Origin: Candidatus Sysuimicrobium tengchongense
Lineage (GTDB): Bacteria > Sysuimicrobiota > Sysuimicrobiia > Sysuimicrobiales > Sysuimicrobiaceae
Assembly: GCA_031460175.1 (NCBI GenBank)
Contig: JAVKGW010000004.1
Location: forward strand, 59,303-123,302
Length of the DNA: 64,000 nt
Reading direction: 5' to 3'
Part shown: piece after piece, positions 8,617 to 16,624 of the stretch
How positions within the stretch are numbered: position 1 is the first letter of the stretch
Layout of the letters: the number at the start of each line of letters is the position of its first letter
Notes under the pieces: model-generated
What the model saw: only the letters and a program-made list of their open reading frames with translations
Told to the model about the DNA's origin: nothing
The model's database searches: none
Made by a program: the position numbers and the translations under genes

Positions 8617-8691
8617 TGGAGCCGGCGGCGGGATTCGAACCCGCAACCTGCGGATTACAAATCCGCGGCTCTTCCCTTGAGCTACGCCGGC
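8617..8691 (-). tRNA. tRNA-Thr (anticodon UGU), CCA encoded
   Basis: The reverse complement is GCCGGCGTAGCTCAAGGGAAGAGCCGCGGATTTGTAATCCGCAGGTTGCGGGTTCGAATCCCGCCGCCGGCTCCA. It folds as a cloverleaf with anticodon loop TTTGTAA. Confidence 0.85.
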
Positions 8692-8810
8692 CCCGTTCCG
8701 AAGTGTAGCACGAGTACAAGGGACCTGGATTCCAGGAATACGTGCGCTTTACAGGCCGCGTCCTCCACGGGTATGGTGTGGGGGAAGATGCAGGGGAGGA
8801 GGAGCATCCC

Positions 8811-9503
8811 ATGTGGAAGACCCTTCGGCATCTGGTACTCGCCGCGGAACCCCGGGGAGATGCGGACGCGGTCCACAGACTCGTGAAGGCAGCCACTGAG
8901 GGAGGGGTGGACGCCATCGCGATGGTCGGGGACCTCACCGGTCCGAACCCCACCGCGGAGACCCTTGCATCCCTCTTCAAGATCCTGGGATCCGCCAACC
9001 TGCCCACCTATCACGTCCCGGGGCCGGACGACGCGCCCATCGTGGACTACCTGCGGGAAGCCTACAACGTCGAGCTCGTCTACCCGTTCATGCACAGTGT
9101 GCACGGCACCTTCTCCATCGGCCCCGGACACGTGGTGTTCGCAGGGATGGGCGGGGAGATCATAGACGAGGCGACCCGCACCCGGGAGGAAGTCACCCGC
9201 CTGCGCTACGAGGCGTGGGAGGTGGAGTACCGCTTGAAGGTGCTGCAGGAGCTGAAGGACTCCCTCAAGGTTTTCCTGTTCACCACCCCGCCCGCGCACC
9301 GAGGTTTGGGGGAAGCGGGAAGCCAGGAGCTCGCCCAGCTCGTGAAGACCTATAACCCGCAGCTCGTGGTGGTGCGCACCCCGGAGTTGCGCACGGAGAC
9401 CCTGGGCGCCTCCCTCGTGGTGAGTCCAGGATTCCTCATCCAGGGATCGGCGGCTCTGTTTGACTTCCGGGAGCGTCGCGTGGAGCGTTTCTCCCTGTCG
9501 TAG
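8811..9503 (+). CDS. Hypothetical protein, possibly a metallophosphoesterase-like (YfcE/MJ0936-type) fold
   Basis: This takes the internal ATG (MWKTLRHLVLAAEP...) of ORF 8742..9503. The translation contains a VGDLTG motif. Start coordinate is ±1: the ORF-track frame implies ATG at 8811-8813 but it reads at 8812-8814 in the displayed sequence, consistent with an extra g near 8760. Confidence 0.5.
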   Translation: MWKTLRHLVLAAEPRGDADAVHRLVKAATEGGVDAIAMVGDLTGPNPTAETLASLFKILGSANLPTYHVPGPDDAPIVDYLREAYNVELVYPFMHSVHGTFSIGPGHVVFAGMGGEIIDEATRTREEVTRLRYEAWEVEYRLKVLQELKDSLKVFLFTTPPAHRGLGEAGSQELAQLVKTYNPQLVVVRTPELRTETLGASLVVSPGFLIQGSAALFDFRERRVERFSLS

Positions 9504-9526
9504 CCCTACACGGGTTCCTCTCCCGC

Positions 9527-11017
9527 TCAGTCCACGGCGGTGAGGACCGCCCACGCCAGATCGGGTTCCAGGTGCTCCTCCCGGTCGTCGATGCGCACCC
9601 GGATGCCCCCCTCGCGTACCTCCAGCACCTCGAGGCGGATTCCCGGAAGGACCCCCTTCTCGGATAGACGACGCAGAACCTCCGGATCCTCGTCCTCCAC
9701 CTCGAGGACGTCCACCACCTCCCCCTCCTGCCGTTCCATCAGCCGCCGGACCGGTTCGAAGGGTTCCCGGACATCTCTCGGAATGCGGGCACCGTGGGGA
9801 TCTCGAACCGGACGACCCAGGGCCTCGTCCAGCTCTGCCGCGAGCTCCCGGGGAGCTAGGTGCTCCAGGCGCTCCGCCTCCGCGTGCACGTCGGTCCACG
9901 GCACGCCCCCGCGGTCCACCAGGTACCGCTCCCACAGGCGGTGGGAGCGCACCAGGGCCACCGCCTGCTCCCGGCCCCGGGAGGTGAGCCGGACCCCACC
10001 GTCCCGCAGTTCCACCAGCCCCTCCTGCGCCGCCCGCCGGGCAAGGGCGAGCACCGCGGAGGGCGCAAGGCCGAGTCGCCGGGCCAGGAGGTCCACGGAG
10101 GCTCCTCCCCCGCGGTCCGCGAGGTAGGCCTGCTTCAACAGGTCCTCCCGCGCCACCCGCCGGGCGGCCTGACGTCGCCGCACCGCGTCCCACAGGACCC
10201 CCTCCCGCGGCCCCAGGAGCACGGCCAGGAGGAAGAGGACGGTGGCCACGAGCACCATGGTGGGGCCGGAAGCCACGTTCAGGTGGTAGGAGAGGTACAG
10301 GCCGCTCAGGCCGGAGACCACCCCCACCCCGACCGCCAGGGGGATCATGCGGGACATGCGGTCCGCCAGGAGGTAGGCGGTCGCCCCCGGTGTGATCAGC
10401 ATGGCCACCACCAGCACGATCCCCACCGCCTGCAGGGACGCCACGATGGTGACGGACAGCAGAAGCATGAGGGTGTAGTGGAGGGCTGCCACCGGGACCC
10501 CCATGGCGCTCGCCGCGGTGGGATCGAACGTCCACAGTACGAGCTCCTTGTAGAAGAGCGCCACCACCCCGAGCACCAGGACACCGGTTGCCGCGGTGAG
10601 CAGGAGGTCGACATCCGAGACGCCGAGCACGTTTCCGAACAGGATGTGGAAAAGGTCAATGGCGCGGCTGCGGATGCGGCTGATGAGCACAAAGCCCAGG
10701 GCGAAGGCTCCGGTAAACAGGATCCCCATGGCGGAGTCTTCCTTGATGCGGGTGTGCCGCTCCACCGCGGAGATCCCGAGCGCCGTCGCCATGCCCGTGA
10801 TCACCGCTCCCAGGAAGAAGGGAAGGTTCAGGAGGTATGCGAAGGCCACGCCAGGCAGCACCGCGTGGGAGACGGCATCCCCCAGCAGGGCCCACCGCTT
10901 CACCAGCAGAAAGCAGCTCAAAACCGCGCAGATCCCGCCCACCATCACCGCGGCCAGGAGGGCTCGCTGCATGAACGCGTACTGCATGGGGGCCACGAAG
11001 ATCTCGTGAAGGATCAT
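9527..11017 (-). CDS. Metal (Mn/Zn/Fe) ABC transporter permease fused to a C-terminal DtxR/MntR-like repressor (HTH + metal-binding + FeoA domains)
   Basis: The N-terminal ~290 aa are a typical ABC-3 permease (MQYAFMQRALLAA...LLGDAVSHAVLPGVA). The C-terminal ~200 aa read ...VDLLARRLGLAPSAVLALARRAAQEGLVELRDGGVRLTSRGREQAVALVRSHRLWERYLVDRGGVPWTDVHAEAERLEH...DPHGARIP... plus an SH3-like FeoA block. Confidence 0.8.
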   Translation of the reverse strand: MILHEIFVAPMQYAFMQRALLAAVMVGGICAVLSCFLLVKRWALLGDAVSHAVLPGVAFAYLLNLPFFLGAVITGMATALGISAVERHTRIKEDSAMGILFTGAFALGFVLISRIRSRAIDLFHILFGNVLGVSDVDLLLTAATGVLVLGVVALFYKELVLWTFDPTAASAMGVPVAALHYTLMLLLSVTIVASLQAVGIVLVVAMLITPGATAYLLADRMSRMIPLAVGVGVVSGLSGLYLSYHLNVASGPTMVLVATVLFLLAVLLGPREGVLWDAVRRRQAARRVAREDLLKQAYLADRGGGASVDLLARRLGLAPSAVLALARRAAQEGLVELRDGGVRLTSRGREQAVALVRSHRLWERYLVDRGGVPWTDVHAEAERLEHLAPRELAAELDEALGRPVRDPHGARIPRDVREPFEPVRRLMERQEGEVVDVLEVEDEDPEVLRRLSEKGVLPGIRLEVLEVREGGIRVRIDDREEHLEPDLAWAVLTAVD

Positions 11018-11772
11018 GGCGCCTCCCCCCCTCTCTGATGTGCGGCCTCCAGCAGGGTGAGACGGCCGCCGTAGGTGCGTTGCAGGAGCTCGGGAGTGAA
11101 GACCCGCTCGGGCGGCCCGTAGGCCACCAGCACCTGGTTGAGGAGCAGGAGGCGATCGAAGGCGGTCTGCGCCCGGCTGAGGTCGTGGGTGGCCACCACC
11201 ACCGTTCGTCCCTCCTGCTGCAGTCGGCGCAGCAGGACATAGATGGTTTCCTCCGTGGCCGCGTCCACTCCCACGAAGGGTTCGTCCAAAAGCAGCACCC
11301 GGGCCTCCTGGGCCAGGGCACGGGCGAGGAAGACCCGTTGCTGCTGGCCGCCCGAGAGCTGCCCGATCTGGCGATCCGCGAATCCCTCCATCCCCACCTG
11401 GCGCAGGGCCTCCCGGGCGATCCTCCGGTCCTCCGGTCCGGGCCGGCGGACCAAGCCCAGGTGGACGAACCGCCCCATGAGGACCACCTCCTCCACCACG
11501 ATGGGGTAGTCCCAGTCCACCTCACTGCGCTGGGGCACGTACGCCACGAGGCGTCGGGTCTGCGAGATGGGTTGGCCGAAGATCCGCACCGCCCCCGTGT
11601 CCGGCACGACCAGCCCCACCAGGGCCTTGAGGAGCGTGGACTTCCCGGCTCCGTTGGGGCCCACGAGGCCCACGAGGAGACCCGGCTCGATCTGGAACGA
11701 CACGTGGCGGACGGCGGGTTGCTCCCGGTAGGAGACCGTAAGGTTGCGAACCTCGATGGCCGGTCTGCTCAT
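11014..11772 (-). CDS. Metal ABC transporter ATP-binding protein (MntA/ZnuC-like)
   Basis: The Walker A motif GPNGAGKST, the LSGGQQQR signature and Walker B LLLDEP are present. There is a 4-nt overlap with the downstream permease. Confidence 0.85.
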   Translation of the reverse strand: MSRPAIEVRNLTVSYREQPAVRHVSFQIEPGLLVGLVGPNGAGKSTLLKALVGLVVPDTGAVRIFGQPISQTRRLVAYVPQRSEVDWDYPIVVEEVVLMGRFVHLGLVRRPGPEDRRIAREALRQVGMEGFADRQIGQLSGGQQQRVFLARALAQEARVLLLDEPFVGVDAATEETIYVLLRRLQQEGRTVVVATHDLSRAQTAFDRLLLLNQVLVAYGPPERVFTPELLQRTYGGRLTLLEAAHQRGGEAP

Positions 11773-12662
11773 CGCAGCGCCTCCACGATCGTCTTCACGT
11801 TGTGGCGCATCATCCCGATGTAGGTGTCCGCCCCCCTCCCCGCAGGTCCCAAGGAGTCCCCGTAGAGCTTGCCGCCGATGCGCACCCCGGCCTCCCGGGC
11901 CACCCGCTCCATGAGCTTGGGGTTGATGGTGGTCTCCACGAAGACCGCGGGAACCCGCTCCCGCCGGATGCGGTCTACGAGGCGCGCGATCTCCTGGGCC
12001 GAGGGCTCATCCTCCGTGCTGATCCCCCAGATGGTCCCCACCACCTGGAAACCGTAGCGATGCCCGAAGTACCGGAAGGCGTCGTGGGTGGTCACGAGTT
12101 TCCGGCGCGCGGGCGGGATCTGCTGGATCTGCTCCCGGATCCAGCGGTGCAGGCGTTCCAGCTCCTGGAGATACCGACGGGCGTTTGCCTCGTACTCCGC
12201 ACGGCCCGCGGGATCAAAGGCCACCAGGGCATCCCGGATGTTCCGGACGTACACCTGTGCGAACACGGGATCCATCCAGAGGTGCGGGTCGGGATCGCCC
12301 CGGTACGGGCCGGTCTCCTGGACGGCGGGCTGCAGGCCCCGGGTGGCCTCCACCAGGACGAACCTTCCGCCCGCGTTCTCCAGCAGCTTCTCCAGCCACT
12401 TCTCCAGCTTGAGGCCGTTGTAGACCACCACCTGCGCCTCCGCGATCCGCTGCACGTCCCGGGGAACGGGCTCGTAGGTGTGGGGGTCGGCGCCCACGGG
12501 GAGAAGGCTGCTGACCTCCAGGCGGTCTCCGGCCACCTGCCGCGTGAGGTCCGCGAGGATGTTGATGGTGGCGACCACGCGGGGTCTGCCCGATGCCGGA
12601 TCCGCCGCGGGCGCCGCGCAGGCGGCCAGGAGGATGGCGAGGAGGGGAAGGAACCGCCTCAC
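11769..12662 (-). CDS. Metal ABC transporter substrate-binding protein (TroA/ZnuA/MntC family)
   Basis: The GTG start at 12662 gives VRRFLPLLAILLAACAAPAA (a lipoprotein-like signal). The rest of ORF 11769..13250 upstream is low-complexity artefact. Confidence 0.85.
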   Translation of the reverse strand: MRRFLPLLAILLAACAAPAADPASGRPRVVATINILADLTRQVAGDRLEVSSLLPVGADPHTYEPVPRDVQRIAEAQVVVYNGLKLEKWLEKLLENAGGRFVLVEATRGLQPAVQETGPYRGDPDPHLWMDPVFAQVYVRNIRDALVAFDPAGRAEYEANARRYLQELERLHRWIREQIQQIPPARRKLVTTHDAFRYFGHRYGFQVVGTIWGISTEDEPSAQEIARLVDRIRRERVPAVFVETTINPKLMERVAREAGVRIGGKLYGDSLGPAGRGADTYIGMMRHNVKTIVEALR

Positions 12663-13312
12663 GGCACAGCCTCCACGAAGACGCTCTCCGCCACCCGCTG
12701 CCCGAGCCGCACCACGGACCCAGAGGGGAGCTGAACCTCCACCCGACCATCCGGGCGCCGTCCCAGAACCCGGGCCCGCCTGCCGGGAAGCAAGCCCAGA
12801 CCCGAGAGCTTCCGCAAGGTGCGGGCGTCGCTGTCCCGTACCCGGACCACGCACACGGGGCCCTCGAGGATCTCGCTGAGGCGGGGGAAGCGTCGTTCCC
12901 GCAGCTCCCCCTCGCGACTGGGGATGGGATCCCCGTGCGGATCCACCGCGGGGTCGCCCAGGGAGGCCGCGATGTGCTCCTCCAGGAGCTCGGAGAGCAC
13001 GTGCTCCAGCCGCTCCGCCTCCCCGTGCACCGCCTCCACGGGGAGGCCCAGACGGTCCGCCAGGTATCGCTCCACGAGCCGATGGTGCCGGATCACCTCC
13101 AGGGCTGCCCGTTCCCCCTTCGGGGTGAGCCGGACCCCGCGATACGGGGTGTGGGTGACGAGGCCCCGGGCGCTCAGGCGCTTGAGCATCTTGGTGACGG
13201 ATGCCGGGGCCACCTTCATGCGCCGGGCGATGGCGTTGGTGCTCACCCACCCGCTCTGCCCCAGCTTGTAGATGGCCTTCAGGTAGTCCTGGACGGCGGC
13301 GGTGGTGGCCAT
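12659..13312 (-). CDS. DtxR-family metal-dependent transcriptional repressor (MntR/SirR-like, with C-terminal FeoA domain)
   Basis: The HTH reads AIARRMKVAPASVTKMLKRLSARGLV and the metal-site blocks RHHRLVERYLADRLGL...EAERLEHVLS are present. It overlaps the binding-protein gene start by 4 nt. Confidence 0.85.
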   Translation of the reverse strand: MATTAAVQDYLKAIYKLGQSGWVSTNAIARRMKVAPASVTKMLKRLSARGLVTHTPYRGVRLTPKGERAALEVIRHHRLVERYLADRLGLPVEAVHGEAERLEHVLSELLEEHIAASLGDPAVDPHGDPIPSREGELRERRFPRLSEILEGPVCVVRVRDSDARTLRKLSGLGLLPGRRARVLGRRPDGRVEVQLPSGSVVRLGQRVAESVFVEAVP

Positions 13313-13323
13313 GGATCCTCCGG

Positions 13324-13343
13324 AATTTAGCTTATGCTAAATT
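13324..13343. promoter_or_regulatory. Candidate DtxR/MntR operator: inverted repeat AATTTAGC-TTAT-GCTAAATT
   Basis: There are 8-bp perfect arms with a 4-nt spacer. The site lies between the -10 box and the start codon of the repressor-led operon. Confidence 0.5.
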
Positions 13344-13356
13344 CGCCCAGGCTAAA

Positions 13357-13384
13357 ATTATAGCACACGTCACCCACCCCCCAA
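13357..13384 (-). promoter_or_regulatory. Promoter of the mntR-like operon: -35 TTGGGG, 16-nt spacer, -10 TATAAT (minus-strand sense)
   Basis: The reverse complement of 13357-13362 is TATAAT and that of 13379-13384 is TTGGGG. This is an AT-rich island within a GC-rich genome. Confidence 0.45.
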
Positions 13385-13396
13385 GGACAGCCAGGA

Positions 13397-14356
13397 CTAC
13401 GGGGAACCGGAGTCCTCCCCGGGCCCGGGGTCGCCCCGCGAGGGGACGGGCGTGCAGCGGGGGCAGGTGGGGCCGCACGGCTCCACGTGGATGGTGATGT
13501 CCGTACCGGGCAGTTCCTCCCGGATGTCCTCCTCCAGGTGATCGCAGAGGGCGTGGGCTTCCCCCACGGAGAGGGTTCGGTGGAGGACGAGGTGGAGGTC
13601 GAGGAAGCGTTGGGGCCCTACTCTGCGGGTCCGCAGGGCGTGGTAGTCGAGGATCTCGTCCCGGTGTGCCTCGAGGATGGCCCGGATCCTGGCCTCCTCC
13701 GGCTCCGGAAGCGACCGGTCCATGAGGCCGCCGAGGGCTTCCCGGTACACCCGCACGCCCATTGCCACGATGTTCAGGCCCACGGTCCCGCCCACCACAG
13801 GATCCAGCCACACCACGCCCGTGAGCCAGACCAAGCCCACGCCTCCCAGGGCCGCGAGGGAGGTCAGGACGTCCGCCAGCAGGTGCCGGGCATCCGCCTC
13901 CAGGGCCAGGGACTCCACCTCGCGGGAGACGCGCAGGAGGAACCGGGCGGTCAGGTAGTTCGCGAGGGTCGCGATGGCCACCAGGCTGAGCCCCCAGTCC
14001 AGGGCCTGGAGGGGCACGGGACGCAGGAGGCGTCTGAAGGCGGTGATCACCACCCATGCCCCGGTCACGGCCACGAGGGCCCCTTCCGTGGCCCCGCTGA
14101 TGTACTCCGCCTTCCCGTGGCCGTACGGGTGCCCCGCGTCCGGAGGCCTTGCGGCCACGGCCAAAGCCACCAGGGCGATGTTCGCCGCCACCACGTTCAC
14201 CACGGACTCCGCGGCATCCGAGAGAAAGGCCACGGACCCCGTGAGGAGGTAGGCGGCGGCCTTCAGCCCCAGGATCCCCACGCTCACGCTCACGGAAACG
14301 AGGGCGGCCCGCAGCGGCGTCGCCCGGTGGCCCGGGCTGGATGGAGGAGGCAACAT
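13397..14356 (-). CDS. Cation diffusion facilitator (CDF) family divalent metal efflux transporter
   Basis: The translation has six TM segments and a C-terminal cytoplasmic domain, and resembles CzcD/MntE-type proteins (...DAAESVVNVVA...HPYGHGKAE...). Confidence 0.85.
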   Translation of the reverse strand: MLPPPSSPGHRATPLRAALVSVSVSVGILGLKAAAYLLTGSVAFLSDAAESVVNVVAANIALVALAVAARPPDAGHPYGHGKAEYISGATEGALVAVTGAWVVITAFRRLLRPVPLQALDWGLSLVAIATLANYLTARFLLRVSREVESLALEADARHLLADVLTSLAALGGVGLVWLTGVVWLDPVVGGTVGLNIVAMGVRVYREALGGLMDRSLPEPEEARIRAILEAHRDEILDYHALRTRRVGPQRFLDLHLVLHRTLSVGEAHALCDHLEEDIREELPGTDITIHVEPCGPTCPRCTPVPSRGDPGPGEDSGSP

Positions 14357-14419
14357 CGTCCTATGCCAGGGGGCGCGTGCGGTCCGGACTCCTCCGGGCG
14401 CCAGGGGAAAAAGCCCGTG

Positions 14420-15475
14420 CTACAGCCACACCAGCCCCGCAATTCGGCGCCAGCGGCGGTCCAGCCGCCACAGCCCGGCCTCCCGGGCGTAGCGGTAGGC
14501 CTGCTCCAGCTCCTCCGGGAAGATGCGGCGGTTGATGTCCCGGTACTTCGGGTCCGTCTTCGCCTTCCACGCAGGATGGTACTGGTCCATGACGTTCACG
14601 TAGGTGTCCCGAGACAGCCGCCCCAGCCAGCGCAGGATTTCCCGGGTGTCCTCCAGCATGCCCGGCATCACCAGGTGCCGCACCAGCAGACCCCGCAGGG
14701 CGATCCCGTCCTCGTCCACCGTGAGGTCCCCCACCTGGGCGTGCATGGCGGCGATCACCTGCCGGGCCACCTCCGGGTAGTCGGGAGCAAGGAGGTAGCG
14801 CCGGGCCCGCTCCCGGTCCCACAGCTTGAAATCGGGCATGTAGATGTCCACCACCCCGTCCATGAGCCGGATGGAGTGGAGACTGTCGTAGGCGCTGGTG
14901 TTGTATACGATGGGGAGTCGCAACCCCTTCTCGATGGCGTACGGAAGGGCCTCGAGGATCTGCGGCACCACGTGCTCGGGGGTCACGAGGTTGATGTTGT
15001 GGCAGCCCAGCTCCTGCAGCCGCAGCATCATGGCCGCCAGTTCCTGAGGCGTCACATCCACCCCTTCCCCGATCTGGCTGGTCTCGAAGTTCTGACAGAA
15101 GACGCATCTCAGGTTGCACCACGAGAAAAAGATGGTCCCGCTTCCCCGCCAGCCCCGCAGCACGTCCTCCTCCCCGAAGTGGGGGAAGAAGGCGGAGACC
15201 CGGGCGTATCGGCCCACCCGGCACACCGCGAACCGGTTCTCCAGGCGGTTCGTGTGGCAGTTCCGGGGGCAGAGCGTGCAGTCGCGCAGGGCCTCCAGGG
15301 CCTCCTCCACCTTCTCCCGCAACCGCCCTTCCTCGTAGGTCCGCAGGTAGGCGGGGGTGAACTCCCGGCGCACGAACCGGCCGTCTCCGTGGACCTCCCG
15401 GGGAATCCCACGCTGTGCGAGCAGCACGTCAACCCCTCCCCTCGCATTCTCCGCGGATCTGAACCCCCGGGGCAA
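14420..15475 (-). CDS. Radical SAM protein, PflX-like (homolog of pyruvate formate-lyase activating enzymes, COG1313-type)
   Basis: The translation shows a CNLRCVFC (CxxxCxxC) cluster motif, GGE-like residues and a length of about 350 aa. Confidence 0.75.
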   Translation of the reverse strand: MPRGFRSAENARGGVDVLLAQRGIPREVHGDGRFVRREFTPAYLRTYEEGRLREKVEEALEALRDCTLCPRNCHTNRLENRFAVCRVGRYARVSAFFPHFGEEDVLRGWRGSGTIFFSWCNLRCVFCQNFETSQIGEGVDVTPQELAAMMLRLQELGCHNINLVTPEHVVPQILEALPYAIEKGLRLPIVYNTSAYDSLHSIRLMDGVVDIYMPDFKLWDRERARRYLLAPDYPEVARQVIAAMHAQVGDLTVDEDGIALRGLLVRHLVMPGMLEDTREILRWLGRLSRDTYVNVMDQYHPAWKAKTDPKYRDINRRIFPEELEQAYRYAREAGLWRLDRRWRRIAGLVWL

Positions 15476-15490
15476 GACGGCTCGATAGGT

Positions 15491-16624
15491 TCAGGGCCTC
15501 AGGGGATCCACGGGGCGCCCCCTGAACCGGACCTCGAAGTGGAGGTGCGGACCGGTGGTGTAGCCCGTACTGCCCACCCGTCCCAGCAGGGCGCCGGCGG
15601 GGACCCGCTGGCCCGGGGAGACCAGGATGGCGGAGAGATGCCCGTAGAGGGTGCTCACCCCTCCCCCGTGGTCCACGAGCACGATCTTCCCATACCCCCC
15701 GAACCACCCTGTGTAGATCACCGTACCCGGGGATGCGGCGCGGACCGGGCTCCCCCAGGGAGCCGCGATGTCCACGCCCGTATGCATCCTGCGGATCCGG
15801 AAGAGGGGATGCAGGCGGACCCCGAAACCGGAGACCACCGGACCCCGGGCCGGCCAGACGAGCCCGGCCCGGATGCGTAGGCTGATCCGCGTGGGCGCAG
15901 CACTCCCCTGCAACCGGCGGATCAGGGCCTCCAGGCGTCGGGAGTCCTCCTCCAGCTCCTCCACCGCCCGCTCGTACAGGGCACGCTCCCTGGAGATGCG
16001 ATCGAGGAGCATGCGCTTGTCCCGCTCGTGCTCCCGGAGGGCTCGGTCCCGGGCCGCCAGGGCCTGCGCGAGGGCCTCCATCTCCCGTCGCCGTGCCCCG
16101 AGCTCTGCCCGGAGCTCCCGCCACGCCCCGTACTCCCGGCGTGTCCGGTCGAGGAGTGCTGTATCCGCCCGCACGATGCGGCTCAGGAACCGGAAGCGGT
16201 TGAGGAACTCCGGAAAGGTGCGGGCTCCCAGGAGCACATCCACGTACCCCGCACGGCCGGCCCGGTAGATGTCCCGGAGCCGCCTTGCAAGCCGCGCCCT
16301 GCTCTGTCGGAGACGGACCTCCGCGGCGATCAAGCGCTCCTGCGTGCGGCGCTCCTCCGCGCGGACCCTTTGGAGCCGGGCCGCCAATCTCTCCCGCTCC
16401 CGCTCCAGAGCTTCCCGGGTGCGCTCGATGCGCTCCAGTTCCGCGAGGACCCGGCGCTCGCGGGCCCTGGTGGCCACCAGGGCCCGCCGCTTTTGGGAGA
16501 GGGCCTCCCGGAGCTCCTGCAGCTTCCGGTCCACGCTCACCGGAAGCCCCAGGGCCGGGGAGGCTAGAAGCACGCCCAGGAGGAGGCCAAGAACTCCCCG
16601 GAACCCGCCCTGCACCGGTCTCAC
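15491..16624 (-). CDS. M23 family peptidase with N-terminal coiled coil (EnvC-like murein hydrolase activator)
   Basis: The C-terminal M23 motifs HTGVDIAAPWGSPV...VDHGGGVSTLYGHL are present. The GTG start at 16624 overlaps the ftsX stop (GTGA). The upstream part of ORF 15491..16999 is artefactual. Confidence 0.8.
   Translation of the reverse strand: MRPVQGGFRGVLGLLLGVLLASPALGLPVSVDRKLQELREALSQKRRALVATRARERRVLAELERIERTREALERERERLAARLQRVRAEERRTQERLIAAEVRLRQSRARLARRLRDIYRAGRAGYVDVLLGARTFPEFLNRFRFLSRIVRADTALLDRTRREYGAWRELRAELGARRREMEALAQALAARDRALREHERDKRMLLDRISRERALYERAVEELEEDSRRLEALIRRLQGSAAPTRISLRIRAGLVWPARGPVVSGFGVRLHPLFRIRRMHTGVDIAAPWGSPVRAASPGTVIYTGWFGGYGKIVLVDHGGGVSTLYGHLSAILVSPGQRVPAGALLGRVGSTGYTTGPHLHFEVRFRGRPVDPLRP

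Noticed and set aside
8288-8680. ORFs 8288..8680(+) and 8413..8646(-) overlapping tRNA-Thr.
   Set aside because: They overlap a well-formed tRNA and have arbitrary composition.
8755-8765. Apparent 1-nt inconsistency between the displayed sequence and the ORF-track frames near 8760 (I read gccgcggtcc where the frames of ORFs 8677..8886, 8742..9503 and 8606..9007 require gccgcgtcc).
   Set aside because: This is most likely a transcription or reading problem rather than biology. Coordinates from about 8760 to 9500 derived by me may be off by 1, and the ORF-track coordinates were trusted there.
11769-13250. ORF-track 5' extensions of real genes (11769..13250, 15491..16999, 27975..29240, 30975..31517, 41786..43582, 49134..50810, 59582..62188, 2721..4826, 4604..6337, 37860..39755).
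   Set aside because: The upstream portions are low-complexity and overlap neighbouring genes. Starts were re-picked at the first recognisable N-terminus, signal peptide, RBS or coupling overlap.
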